In this document: positions 17,961-27,242 of the stretch, in pieces
How positions within the stretch are numbered: the stretch's first letter is position 1
Layout: each line of letters starts with the position of its first letter
Source: an uncultured Acidobacteriaceae bacterium
GTDB taxonomy: Bacteria; Acidobacteriota; Terriglobia; Terriglobales; Acidobacteriaceae
Direction of reading: 5' to 3'
Assembly (NCBI GenBank): GCA_963843725.1
Contig: CAWJLM010000005.1
Coordinates: 20,124 to 84,123 of the forward strand
DNA length: 64,000 bases
Made by a program: the position numbers and the translations under genes
The notes under the pieces: model-generated
Databases searched by the model: none
What the model saw: only the letters and a program-made list of their open reading frames with translations
What the model was told of the DNA's origin: nothing

Positions 17961-19391
17961 ATGAAGAGTAGGCAGGCACTTCTTTTGTTGATTCTCACGC
18001 TTTTGCTAGGCATGATGGCGTGCTCGAATTCGGGCACGAAGCCGGCGGCCACCGCCGCTCAGCCCGGTGTCGAAGAAGCAGTTGGCACTGCAGTCGACGC
18101 GTACATCTATGGCTACCCGCTAGTCACCATGGACATGACGCGCAAGCAATTTACCAACGTAGCCGCGCCTGACGCCGCACACGCGCCGATGGGGCAGCTT
18201 CTTAAGTTACGGACCTATCCGGCGGTCGACAATCACGCTGTCACCGCTCCTAATGCTGACACGCTGTACACCATGACTTGGCTTGACGTTTCCAAGGAGC
18301 CGTGGATTCTCAGCGTTCCCGACATGGGGGATCGCTATTACCTGCTGCCCATGCTTTCTGGTTGGACGGATGTGTTTCAGGTTCCGGGCAAGCGCACCAC
18401 TGGCGATAAAGCCCAGAAATACGCCATCACCGGTCCGGGTTGGTCAGGTACGCTGCCCGCCGGCGTGACCGAATACAAGTCGCCTACCGCCATGGTGTGG
18501 CTGCTCGGCCGGATTTACTGCACCGGCACGCCCGCTGACTACGCTGCGGTTCACGCTCTGCAGGATAAATTCTCGCTGGTTCCACTCAGTTCCTACGGCA
18601 AGCCCTACACTCCGCCGGTCGGTCAGGTCGATAGCAACTTCGATATGAAGACCGCGGTCCGCGACCAGGTCGAACATCTGGATGTGGTTGCTTACTTCAC
18701 TTATCTGGCGCAGTTAATGAAGACGAACCCTCCGGCGGCCGAAGATGCCCCGATGGTTGCCAACATGGCGAAGATCGGTTTAGTCCCGGGTCAGGACTTT
18801 GATCCCAGCAAGCTTGGGGCGTTCGATAAGGAAGCTATCAAGGCCGTGCCAAAGCTGGCTCAAGTCAAGATCATGGAGCACTTCAAACAGCTTGAACCCA
18901 TCAACGGATGGATGTTCACCACCAAGACAGGTATTTATGGCACCGACTACTTGCAGCGTGCGTTAATCACCGCCATCGGACTGGGTGCTAACCGTCCCCA
19001 GGACGCGATTTATCCTACTGGAGAAAAGGACGGGAGCGGCGGAGCCTTTGATGCTGCCTCGAAGAAGTACCTCATTCACTTCGACAAGGGACAGATGCCT
19101 CCGGTCGATGGTTTCTGGTCAATCACGATGTATGACGACAAGTATTTCTTTGTGCCGAACTCGCTCAATCGCTATACCTTGAGCCAGCGCAACAAGTTCG
19201 TAACCAACGCGGATGGTTCGGTGGACTTGTATCTCCAGGCGGACTCTCCGGGCAAGGCGAAGGAAGCCAACTGGCTGCCTGCGCCCAAGGCCAAGTTTAT
19301 TCCGATGATGCGCCTGTACTGGCCGAAGGAAACACCACCTTCGATCATCGACGGCACGTGGAAGCCGCCGGCCATCATGGTGGCGCAGTGA
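17961..19391 (+). CDS. DUF1254/DUF1214 domain-containing lipoprotein (tandem paralog of 16348..17844)
   Basis: Lipobox LLGMMAC. Shared hallmarks are VDAYIYGYPLVTMD, NADTLYTMTWLD, YYLLPMLSGWTDVF, GFWSITMYD and LYWPK. Confidence 0.8.
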   Translation: MKSRQALLLLILTLLLGMMACSNSGTKPAATAAQPGVEEAVGTAVDAYIYGYPLVTMDMTRKQFTNVAAPDAAHAPMGQLLKLRTYPAVDNHAVTAPNADTLYTMTWLDVSKEPWILSVPDMGDRYYLLPMLSGWTDVFQVPGKRTTGDKAQKYAITGPGWSGTLPAGVTEYKSPTAMVWLLGRIYCTGTPADYAAVHALQDKFSLVPLSSYGKPYTPPVGQVDSNFDMKTAVRDQVEHLDVVAYFTYLAQLMKTNPPAAEDAPMVANMAKIGLVPGQDFDPSKLGAFDKEAIKAVPKLAQVKIMEHFKQLEPINGWMFTTKTGIYGTDYLQRALITAIGLGANRPQDAIYPTGEKDGSGGAFDAASKKYLIHFDKGQMPPVDGFWSITMYDDKYFFVPNSLNRYTLSQRNKFVTNADGSVDLYLQADSPGKAKEANWLPAPKAKFIPMMRLYWPKETPPSIIDGTWKPPAIMVAQ

Positions 19392-19593
19392 GCGGTAAAT
19401 CGAGCGAGTGTTAAATAAAATGTCGCGGGCGATTCGCCGTCTTTGCTCCGGTTTCGTCGATGAGATTATGCCCAGCCGGATGGCGGCCGCCTGCGATGAC
19501 TGCAGCGTGACGATTGCGATGTAGGCGAGGTCTGCGTGGTAACGCCGATCGTGGGGCCATAGTTTCAAAACTATTGCGGAGCAGGAGTACACC

Positions 19594-20319
19594 ATGGAGC
19601 TCAAGGGCGGCGCTATGCGTAAGAAGGCCCGCGGGCTGATCCACGATAGCTGGCAATCGCAAGCCAACCTGTCGTTCTTTCTGGTGCTGCTCGTCTTTGC
19701 CGGCTTCCTGCTGCCCTGTTTGGGTTTCGGTAAGCACGATCTGCGGCGCTACAGCGACGTCACATTTTCGGTGATGGTGGTCTCGGGAGTCGCCATCGGA
19801 TGGGGACAGCGCAAGTTGTTCCTGATCGCGAGCATCATCGCCAGTGTGGCGCTGATTGTCCGCTGGCTGGCTTTGTGGAAGGAGACTCCCCGGCTTCAGC
19901 TGTGGGGCGACACCTGGACACTGCTGACGATCGTGATCATCGCTCTGATTCTGCTGGTGCAGGTTTTCAGCACCGGCCCGGTAACGCATTTGCGAATCCA
20001 GGGCGCAATCGCGGTTTACCTGCTCTTTGGAATTGGCTGGGCGCACGCCTACCACATCGCAAATACCTTGCTGCCGGGATCGTTCAACTATTCGGCGGGC
20101 GAGCTGGCCACCGTGCAGGATTGGGCCTACTACAGCTTCGTAACCTTGACCACCCTGGGCTACGGCGACATCACTCCGGTGCGGCCGATCGCGCGGAATC
20201 TGGCAATCACCGAAGCTCTGACCGGGCAGCTTTATCTGGCCGTGATGCTGGCGCGATTAGTAGCGATGGAAGTGATCTCCTGGCAGGAGAAAGCCAGTCA
20301 GAATTCGAAGCAGCCGTAA
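19594..20319 (+). CDS. Potassium channel family protein (Ion_trans_2 pore domain)
   Basis: The selectivity filter is TLTTLGYGDITP. About 6 hydrophobic helices. No RCK/TrkA domain. AGGAG lies 8 nt upstream. Confidence 0.8.
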   Translation: MELKGGAMRKKARGLIHDSWQSQANLSFFLVLLVFAGFLLPCLGFGKHDLRRYSDVTFSVMVVSGVAIGWGQRKLFLIASIIASVALIVRWLALWKETPRLQLWGDTWTLLTIVIIALILLVQVFSTGPVTHLRIQGAIAVYLLFGIGWAHAYHIANTLLPGSFNYSAGELATVQDWAYYSFVTLTTLGYGDITPVRPIARNLAITEALTGQLYLAVMLARLVAMEVISWQEKASQNSKQP

Positions 20320-20323
20320 GGTG

Positions 20324-20365
20324 GAAGCTGTCTCACAAACCTGACTGCGGCGATTTATGAGATGG
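20324..20365. repeat. Minimal 'empty' copy of the CTCATAAAT end family (two inverted outer ends with almost no cargo)
   Basis: In GAAGCTGTCTCACAAACCTGACTGCGGCGATTTATGAGATGG, the left TCTCACAAA and the right (reverse complement) TCTCATAAA are inverted copies. Confidence 0.5.
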
Positions 20366-20429
20366 TACCTGATCTATCAGTCGAACCGAGCCGGTCGAGG
20401 AAATTGCAGATGCGCATACAGGAGAATGA

Positions 20430-20951
20430 ATGCTGAAGAAAAAGGCCACTGCTATTAAGGGTAGTCTCCAAGTATTTCTCTTCGCCGCCCTATTCGTTTT
20501 CTTGCAGCCGCTTTTGTTTGCGCAAACCTACAGCACTCCGTTGCCGACGGTGAACGATAAAGACGTCGCTCTGCTGAGAACGAACCTGCAAGCCCAGGCC
20601 AAGCAACTGATCACCAAGAATATGCAGTTCACCGATACCGAAGCTGCGGCTTTCTGGCCGTTGTATGACCAATATGCCGCGGAAGTCCGCAAAGTCAACG
20701 ACGTCCGCTTCGGGATGATTAAAGAGTACGCAAAGATTTACAAGACAATGACCGCAGACCAGGCCGATAGCCTAACGCGATTGTTGGCCCAGTCTGATCA
20801 GACCATCATTAGTTTGCGCCTGCAATATCTGCCCAAGTTCGAGCAGGTTTTGCCCGGCACCAAAGCAGCGCAGTTTATGCAACTGGATCGGCGGTTGGAC
20901 AGCCTGTTTAATGTGCAGATCGCTTCTCAACTGCCGGCCATCAAGCCCTAG
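20430..20951 (+). CDS. Secreted alpha-helical hypothetical protein (possibly Spy/CpxP-like, weak)
   Basis: 173 aa with a signal peptide ending LLFAQT. AGGAG is upstream. MTADQADSL and FTDTEAAAF resemble LTxxQ motifs only loosely. Confidence 0.6.
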   Translation: MLKKKATAIKGSLQVFLFAALFVFLQPLLFAQTYSTPLPTVNDKDVALLRTNLQAQAKQLITKNMQFTDTEAAAFWPLYDQYAAEVRKVNDVRFGMIKEYAKIYKTMTADQADSLTRLLAQSDQTIISLRLQYLPKFEQVLPGTKAAQFMQLDRRLDSLFNVQIASQLPAIKP

Positions 20952-21204
20952 AACCTACCAGTAGTGTCTAGAGCCAGCGTAGGTTCCCTCCCGGCTCGGT
21001 CTGCAATTTATATTTGGGTCAGCCTGGAGTGAAATAGAGCTGGCTACAGCTAGAAAGTAGAGTGAACTCTGCATTTCGGCATCAGGCCATCGCTTCTAGT
21101 AGGTTCAACCCTTACCGATAGCTTCTCATCCCATCAATTTCCCAACATAGGAATATTTACTAGCTGACATAACTAGTAACCTTCTATAGATTTTAGGCTT
21201 CGTA

Positions 21205-21223
21205 AACTAACATTTTTGCCAGT
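21205..21223 (+). promoter_or_regulatory. Recurring upstream motif variant AACTAACATTTTTGCCAGT, 141 nt upstream of the OMP gene 21364
   Basis: 14/17 match to consensus CTAGTAGTTTTGCCAGT. Confidence 0.3.
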
Positions 21224-21363
21224 TCTAATTCCGTCCTTCATACCTATAGCATTAGGTCAGCAACCCAGCAAAATGAGATGGGCTTCCATGCTGTCCTGGC
21301 AGCGTAAGTCAAGATTGCTGAGAACTGCGCAATATCTGCAACTTTCCTTTAAGGAGATAGTAA

Positions 21364-22005
21364 GTGAAGCAACGGTTAATCTGGGTTTTAGCGTTTCTGT
21401 GCGTAGCAACGGTTTTCTCGTTTGCGCAAAGTGATTACCCCACAGTGGAACTGGCTGGGGGCTATTCCTACGTCAACTTCCACCCCTCTTTTGCCGGAAT
21501 CACCAGCCAGAACTTCAATGGCGGTGGTGGGGCGTTTGTTTACAACGTGACCTCTTTGTTCGGCATTAAGGCCGATTTCGAGGGTTATGCAGTCGGAACC
21601 GGTTGGACTAAGTACCTGAGGAATAACTACGGATATGCGGGTTCGGCCAGCGGTAACGCCTTCACCTACATGTTTGGCCCGCAGATCAAAAAGCACTCGG
21701 GCAAGTGGCAGCCCTTTGGCGAAGCCCTGTTTGGCGCCTTCCACTCCAACGGCTACGGCACTGTGCTTCATTGCATCGAGAACGACGGCTGCACCAGCGG
21801 CAGCGGCAATGGCAACAATAACGGCTTCGCCATGGAGTTTGGCGGCGGTATCGATTATGCATTGACGCCGCACGTCCAGATCCGTCCGGTGGAAGTGGAT
21901 TACCTCTACAGCCATTTTTCGGCAAACCACATCCCCAACTACTCGGCCGGGCAGAGTAGCTTCAAGTATTTCGGGGGAATTAACTTCACGTTAGGCGGCA
22001 AGTAA
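21364..22005 (+). CDS. Outer-membrane beta-barrel protein (OmpA-like 8-strand barrel, OMP_b-brl type)
   Basis: GTG start with AAGGAG 7 nt upstream. It has a signal peptide and is paralogous to the N-terminal barrel of 6889..8547. It ends FKYFGGINFTLGGK. Confidence 0.8.
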   Translation: MKQRLIWVLAFLCVATVFSFAQSDYPTVELAGGYSYVNFHPSFAGITSQNFNGGGGAFVYNVTSLFGIKADFEGYAVGTGWTKYLRNNYGYAGSASGNAFTYMFGPQIKKHSGKWQPFGEALFGAFHSNGYGTVLHCIENDGCTSGSGNGNNNGFAMEFGGGIDYALTPHVQIRPVEVDYLYSHFSANHIPNYSAGQSSFKYFGGINFTLGGK

Positions 22006-22015
22006 CCGAGCATTT

Positions 22016-22204
22016 TCAATCCTCCAAACGCAGCAAGACTGGCATTGTCCTCGCGACGATGCCAGTTCCTTTCCGAATTGCCAGCCTTTTGTGCGAATCA
22101 CACCCGACAGCGCGGCCGATTTCATCACCATCGTCGAAGGTCATGCCTTTCCTCTTTGGCTCGGGAGTTGGGGGCTCGATTTTGATCTGGAACTTAGCGC
22201 TCAT
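22016..22204 (-). CDS. Small hypothetical protein (62 aa)
   Basis: The internal ATG at 22204 of track ORF 22016..22495 is preceded by GGAGGTG at 5 nt (MSAKFQIKIEPPTPEPKRKGMTFDDGDEIGRAV...). I recognise no family. Confidence 0.4.
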   Translation of the reverse strand: MSAKFQIKIEPPTPEPKRKGMTFDDGDEIGRAVGCDSHKRLAIRKGTGIVARTMPVLLRLED

Positions 22205-22484
22205 CAGCACCTCCGCCTGGAGATTCCCTAGCCGATCGCTATCGCGTGTGACAGAAGCTACAAATAAGTGGGCACGCGCACGGTTTTTGCTGCAGCAGAC
22301 CGCCGCCGACGGGTTACACTGATCTGCGCATCCTAGCGACAATGAGAGCGGGTACCGGACCTTCTGTGCTGATATCGGCCAACGGCCCGTAACGTTATCT
22401 GCCACTTGCAGTTGCGGATGACAACTTCTTGCCGACGTTTGACCGGCGAAGGCCGGCCGAGTGTCGATTCCCAGGGGCATCTTG

Positions 22485-23132
22485 ATGGAACGCAAGCCGG
22501 CGGCCCGTTTACTGATTGCCGACGATCACAGGTTGCTGGCTGACGCTTGCAAAGGTCTGCTGGAACCTGAATTTGAAGTGGTTGACATCGTTACCGATGG
22601 CCGCAGCCTGGTAAAATCTGCCTCCGCGCTCAAGCCTGATGTCATCATTCTCGACATTGCCATGCCCCGGCTGAACGGTTTAGACGCCGGTGAGCAAATC
22701 AAACTGAAGCTGCCCGCGGTAAAGCTGGTGTACCTGACCATGAACGCCGCTGCTGACGTGGCGGCAGAAGCTTTCCGGCGGGGTGCTTCGGGATATGTTT
22801 TGAAACATTCCGCGGCCGAGGAACTGATCATCGCCATTCGCCGGGTAGTGCAGGGCGAATCCTACCTTTCGCCCCTGATTGCCCGGGAAACCGTGACCTT
22901 CCTGCTCAATCAGGGCAAGTCTCACGCAGAACAGAAGCGCATCACCAAACGTCAGAGCGAGATTCTTCAGTTGCTGGCTGAGGGCATGTCCATGAAGGAG
23001 GTGGCCAACGTTCTGGAGCTCAAACCCGGAACTGTGGCTTTCCACAAATACCGCATGATGGAGACCCTGGGCGTCAAAACCAATGCGGAACTGCTGGAAT
23101 ATGCTATCAAGCGTCAGATGACCTCGTCCTAG
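22485..23132 (+). CDS. NarL/FixJ-family response regulator (REC plus LuxR-type HTH)
   Basis: MERKPAARLLIADDH..., phospho-acceptor context VIILDIAMP, and HTH LTKRQSEILQLLAEGMSMKEVANVLELKPGTVAFHKYRMMETLGV. Confidence 0.85.
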   Translation: MERKPAARLLIADDHRLLADACKGLLEPEFEVVDIVTDGRSLVKSASALKPDVIILDIAMPRLNGLDAGEQIKLKLPAVKLVYLTMNAAADVAAEAFRRGASGYVLKHSAAEELIIAIRRVVQGESYLSPLIARETVTFLLNQGKSHAEQKRITKRQSEILQLLAEGMSMKEVANVLELKPGTVAFHKYRMMETLGVKTNAELLEYAIKRQMTSS

Positions 23133-23157
23133 ACTGATCGGCTTTTTCATCCCAAAA

Positions 23158-23174
23158 ATAGTAGTTTTGCCAGT
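23158..23174 (+). promoter_or_regulatory. Recurring upstream motif ATAGTAGTTTTGCCAGT, 53 nt upstream of 23227
   Basis: Best match to the consensus. It lies in the 94-nt gap between the two response-regulator genes. Confidence 0.4.
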
Positions 23175-23226
23175 AGGCAGTCGCCTCGGTTGTTGGTAGC
23201 GTTACGCCTAGGCAGCCTTCCAGCGT

Positions 23227-23664
23227 ATGCCTATGTCTTCCCCCAGCAAGCGGAGATTTTTGGTGAGTGCGATACGGCTTTTACTGGCAGATGACAACCC
23301 GGAGGTCCTGGAGACCCTGACCGACCTGCTGCAGCCGGCCTACGACATTGCGGGCGCTTTTTCCGATGGCACATCGCTTCTCCAGCAGATCGGCGCCCTC
23401 AATCCCGATCTCATCATTCTAGATATTTCGTTAGGGGACATGACCGGCTTCGAGGTGGCCAGGCGGTTGAAAAAGTCGGGATGTCCCGCCAAAATTATTT
23501 TCCTCACGGTTCACGAAAATATTGATTTCATCCGTGCTGCCTTCGATCTGGATGCCTCGGGGTACGTTTTCAAGTCGCGCATCAGTTCGGATCTGGTGGA
23601 CGCCATTAACCGGGTTTGCGAAGGCGGGCACTTCAGTTCCGCGGAATTACCTTTGGCGCGCTAG
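23227..23664 (+). CDS. Stand-alone receiver (CheY-like) response regulator
   Basis: 145 aa, REC domain only: LLLADDNPEVLE..., LIILDISLGDMTGFEVARRLK, IIFLTVHEN, ASGYVFKS. Confidence 0.8.
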   Translation: MPMSSPSKRRFLVSAIRLLLADDNPEVLETLTDLLQPAYDIAGAFSDGTSLLQQIGALNPDLIILDISLGDMTGFEVARRLKKSGCPAKIIFLTVHENIDFIRAAFDLDASGYVFKSRISSDLVDAINRVCEGGHFSSAELPLAR

Positions 23665-23806
23665 GCGCTGGCTTTATTGTGTTTCGGTGCGGAGTTGCAG
23701 GTAGTTTGGGCCTCTGGAAATACCCATCGTGCACTCCGGCGGCTTTTCCAGCTTTCGGCTGGGGGAAGGCAGAAGTCGCCGGTTATGCAATTTGACGAGG
23801 AAAATC

Positions 23807-26224
23807 GTGGAATCAAAAGTATTCAGAACAGCTGTCGCAGCCTTTGCCTTAATCCTGCTATCCACCCTCATGGCCCCGGCACAAGACGCCGGCTGGCCCA
23901 GGCAACTGACCCGGCCCGGCGGAAAACTGATTCTTTACCAGCCCCAGGTCGATGACTGGAAGAATTACCAGGAAGTGGACGCTCGCCTGGCCTTCGCCCT
24001 GACGCCCACTGGCGGCAAGACCCACGTCGGCGTGGTGACCATGCAGATGAAGTCGGCCGTCAACATGGATGACCACACCGTCTTCCTCAGCGATCCCGTG
24101 GTTACAAACATTTCTTTTCCGTCACTGGATCCCGCCACCACCGGCCAGATGACTGAGCTGATGAAGACGTTCCTCAATCCGGCAGCGACCCTCACCATCT
24201 CGCTGGACCGGCTGGTGGCCAGCGTGAAGAAGGGACAGGCCCCGCCGCCGGTGGCGTCGGTCAACAACGATCCGCCGACCATCTTTATCAGCATGAAGCC
24301 GGCCATCCTGCTTCTGGTGAATGGCGCGCCGATCATGGAGCCCATCGCAAATTCCAATTTGCAGTTCATCGTGAATGCGAACTGGCCGGTGTTCGTCGAG
24401 CAGGGAAGTTCGAACTACTACCTCTTCGACAGCAAAGGCTGGCTCACTTCCTCCAGCCTGCAAGGTACCTGGACGCCGACTACCAAGCTGCCGAAGCAGA
24501 TGTCGAAGGTTCCGCAGAATGCGAACTTCACCGATCTGAAAGCCTTCATTCCGGCGCCTCCGGGCAGTGCTGCCAGTTTCCCCGTGGTGTATTACAGCGC
24601 CACGCCGGCCGAAATCGTGGTCTTCGGCGGCCAGCCCCAGTGGACTCCCATACCTGGCACGCAGTTGGCCTACGGATCCAATACCGAGAGCGCGGTATTC
24701 AAGTACACCCCGACCGGAGCCTATTATTTCCTGACCTCCGGACGCTGGTTTACCACCACTCATCCCCTGCTTGGCCCCTGGACGTTTGCCACTTACAGCC
24801 TGCCTGCTGATTTCGCCAACATTCCTCCCAGCAGTCCAGCCGGAAGCGTTCTGGCTTCCGTACCGGGCACGCCGGAAGCCGAAGACGCGGTGCTGATCGC
24901 GCAGATTCCTACCACCGCGACTGTGAATGCGGCGCAGGCTGCCGCGGCAGTGAAAGTCTCCTACGTGGGCGAGCCGCAGTTCCAGCCGATCACTGGCACC
25001 ACGATGATGTACGCCACCAACACGCCCAACAAGGTGATTCAGGTCGGCGCACAGTATTACCTGTGTTATCAGGCAGTGTGGTTTGTTTCCTCCAGTCCGC
25101 AGGGACCCTGGGTGGTAGCACAAACCGTGCCTCAGGTGATCTACACCATTCCGGCCAGCTCGCCGGTCTATAACGTGACCTACGTGACTCAGGTGGTCGC
25201 GACCGATGGCTATGTGAATTCCAGTTACACCGCCGGCTACATGGGAGCGTTCATCATGGGCGCAACGGTGGGAGCCATCGTGTGCAGCGGCACCGGTTAT
25301 TACTATCCGCCCTACGCCTATCACGGTTATTACTATCCCTATGCCGCAACTTACGGCTATCACACTTACAACCCCTATACCGGAGCGTACGGTTATGGAG
25401 GTGCGGCCTACGGACCGTATGGCAGCGCTCACTGGGGAACTTCGTACAATCCCAACACCGGCACTTACGCTCGCGGAGCGACTACCTCAACCGCCTACGG
25501 CAAGCAGGCTGTCGGCGAGGCTTACAACCCTTACACCGGAGCCTATGGCGCGACTCACCAGGGATCGAACGCCTATGGATCGTGGGGACAATCGGTAGTC
25601 AGCAAGAATGGCAACACCGCCTACACCCAGCATGCCAGCAACGCTTACGGCTCGGCCGGAACGGTGCAGACGTCGGCGGGTGGAAAAGGCGCGGCCACCA
25701 GCACAGCCTACGGCAATACCGCGGCCGGAAAAACGGCGAATGGCGACATGTACGCCGGCCACGATGGCAACGTTTACAAGAACACCGGTTCCGGCTGGCA
25801 GAAGTACGACAACGGGAGCTGGAACGATGTGCAGAAGCCGACCACAACTTCGGCGCAGAGTTACTCGCAGTCGCATCCCACCAGCACCACCAACTCGAAC
25901 TATTCTTCAGCCCAGCAGAAAGCTCAAACAACTCAAAGCAATCCGAATTACTCTGCCGATCAGCAGAAAGCTCAAAGCAATCCGAATTACTCTGCCGATC
26001 AGCAGAAAGCCCAGAGCTACAATCAGCAACATCCTTCCGGATCCAGCGGGTATAAGTCCGGCGGCAGTTCTTCCGGCGACTTGAATCAGGAAGCCCAGGA
26101 CCGTCAGCGGGGAGCCGAACAGAGCCAGCGCTTCTCGCAGTACCAGCGCTCCAGCGGCGGGTTTGATCGCGGCGGCGGCGGCTGGGGCGGGCGCGGCGGT
26201 GGCGGCTTTGGGGGAAGACGCTAG
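23807..26224 (+). CDS. Large secreted protein of unknown function with a Y/G/N/T-rich low-complexity C-terminal half and a Gly/Arg tail
   Basis: GTG at 23807 is preceded by GAGGAAAA and gives the signal peptide VESKVFRTAVAAFALILLSTLMAPAQD. The C-terminal half has many (N)PYTGAYG / NAYGS repeats. The tail reads GGFDRGGGGWGGRGGGGFGGRR. Confidence 0.75.
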   Translation: MESKVFRTAVAAFALILLSTLMAPAQDAGWPRQLTRPGGKLILYQPQVDDWKNYQEVDARLAFALTPTGGKTHVGVVTMQMKSAVNMDDHTVFLSDPVVTNISFPSLDPATTGQMTELMKTFLNPAATLTISLDRLVASVKKGQAPPPVASVNNDPPTIFISMKPAILLLVNGAPIMEPIANSNLQFIVNANWPVFVEQGSSNYYLFDSKGWLTSSSLQGTWTPTTKLPKQMSKVPQNANFTDLKAFIPAPPGSAASFPVVYYSATPAEIVVFGGQPQWTPIPGTQLAYGSNTESAVFKYTPTGAYYFLTSGRWFTTTHPLLGPWTFATYSLPADFANIPPSSPAGSVLASVPGTPEAEDAVLIAQIPTTATVNAAQAAAAVKVSYVGEPQFQPITGTTMMYATNTPNKVIQVGAQYYLCYQAVWFVSSSPQGPWVVAQTVPQVIYTIPASSPVYNVTYVTQVVATDGYVNSSYTAGYMGAFIMGATVGAIVCSGTGYYYPPYAYHGYYYPYAATYGYHTYNPYTGAYGYGGAAYGPYGSAHWGTSYNPNTGTYARGATTSTAYGKQAVGEAYNPYTGAYGATHQGSNAYGSWGQSVVSKNGNTAYTQHASNAYGSAGTVQTSAGGKGAATSTAYGNTAAGKTANGDMYAGHDGNVYKNTGSGWQKYDNGSWNDVQKPTTTSAQSYSQSHPTSTTNSNYSSAQQKAQTTQSNPNYSADQQKAQSNPNYSADQQKAQSYNQQHPSGSSGYKSGGSSSGDLNQEAQDRQRGAEQSQRFSQYQRSSGGFDRGGGGWGGRGGGGFGGRR
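25932..26009 (+). repeat. Perfect 39-bp in-frame tandem duplication inside the CDS
   Basis: CTCAAAGCAATCCGAATTACTCTGCCGATCAGCAGAAAG occurs twice (25932..25970 and 25971..26009). It encodes (A)QSNPNYSADQQK twice. Confidence 0.9.
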
Positions 26225-26230
26225 TTTATA

Positions 26231-26452
26231 GAAGCTGTCTAGCTATCTCATAAATCGCACGAAGTCGCGCTTTGTGTCAGGGCACGTCTTCAGACGTGAA
26301 GCAAAGCGGCGAGCTATGACCTGGGCTTTAGCCACTGAGGGCTGTTCCTGCAGGGGCTAAAGCCCGGACAAACAGCGCGCTCGTCGGCCCGGCTAAAGCC
26401 AGGCCCTGACACAAATCGATGCGGTATCGGTTTATTGAGATGGGTTGGCAGC
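26231..26452. mobile_element. MITE-like element with about 50-bp imperfect terminal inverted repeats (CTCATAAAT...TTTGTGTCAGGGC family)
   Basis: Left end 26231..26283 is GAAGCTGTCTAGCTATCTCATAAATCGCACGAAGTCGCGCTTTGTGTCAGGGC. The reverse complement of right end 26403..26452 is GCTGCCAACCCATCTCAATAAACCGATACCGCATCGATTTGTGTCAGGGC. The cargo holds GGGCTTTAGCC-type (C) hairpins. Confidence 0.7.
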
Positions 26453-26503
26453 GAGTCGCCGACGAACGAACGGTATTAGGAATTACTTTGTACAGGAGCC
26501 GTA

Positions 26504-27082
26504 ATGTTTTCTCCCAGGAACTCGGTTCGCGCTTTGTGCTTCTTTCTATTGGTCGTGGGCTGCTCGCTGGTCTCCCAGGCCCAGAAGATCCACGTGGTCT
26601 ATGACAAGCAGCTCAACTTCTCTCAGTTCAAAACGTTTGCCTGGGCGCCGCATGGCGCGGTGGCTCATCCCATGCTGGCAGCCAACGTGGTGGGCGCCAT
26701 CGAAGACGAACTGAAGCAGCGTGGACTGCAGAAGGTCGAAATCGACAACCATCCCGGACTGATTATCCAGGTGTACGGCTCGATCGATCAGGATTCCACC
26801 TTCTATTCCAACGATCCGCTCTACAACGCTACTGGCGGCGTTCCCCCTTTCGATCCCAGTTTCTCCGGATCCCTGCTGACCGGGATGTACGGCAACACCA
26901 CCGTGACCATACACAAAGGGCAACTGGTGGTTGACCTGATTGACGCCGCTAACAAGAAGCTGGTGTGGCGCGGCATGTCGCAGCAGAATCTGGCCGCCCA
27001 TAATCCGAACAAGTTGGTGAGCCAGGTCAACAGCGCGATTTCCAAGATGTTCAAGCAATATCCGGGCAAGGTTGAGGGTTGA
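26504..27082 (+). CDS. DUF4136-like secreted/lipoprotein
   Basis: 192 aa with a signal peptide and LVVGC lipobox-like sequence. FKTFAWAP and QLVVDLIDAANKKLVWRGMS are typical of DUF4136. Confidence 0.7.
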   Translation: MFSPRNSVRALCFFLLVVGCSLVSQAQKIHVVYDKQLNFSQFKTFAWAPHGAVAHPMLAANVVGAIEDELKQRGLQKVEIDNHPGLIIQVYGSIDQDSTFYSNDPLYNATGGVPPFDPSFSGSLLTGMYGNTTVTIHKGQLVVDLIDAANKKLVWRGMSQQNLAAHNPNKLVSQVNSAISKMFKQYPGKVEG

Positions 27083-27242
27083 TCACCTGCCATCCGCGAT
27101 CTCCGGTGGCCGAATGGCTCTAACGGCTCCGGGAAGAGAGCGGGCGACGGCATCGGGTTACCAGCTTCCCGCTTCAGCTTTGTCGAGTCACTGCACGTAA
27201 AGCTTTCTTCACCATGGGCCGGTAGCAAATGAGGTCGACGCT

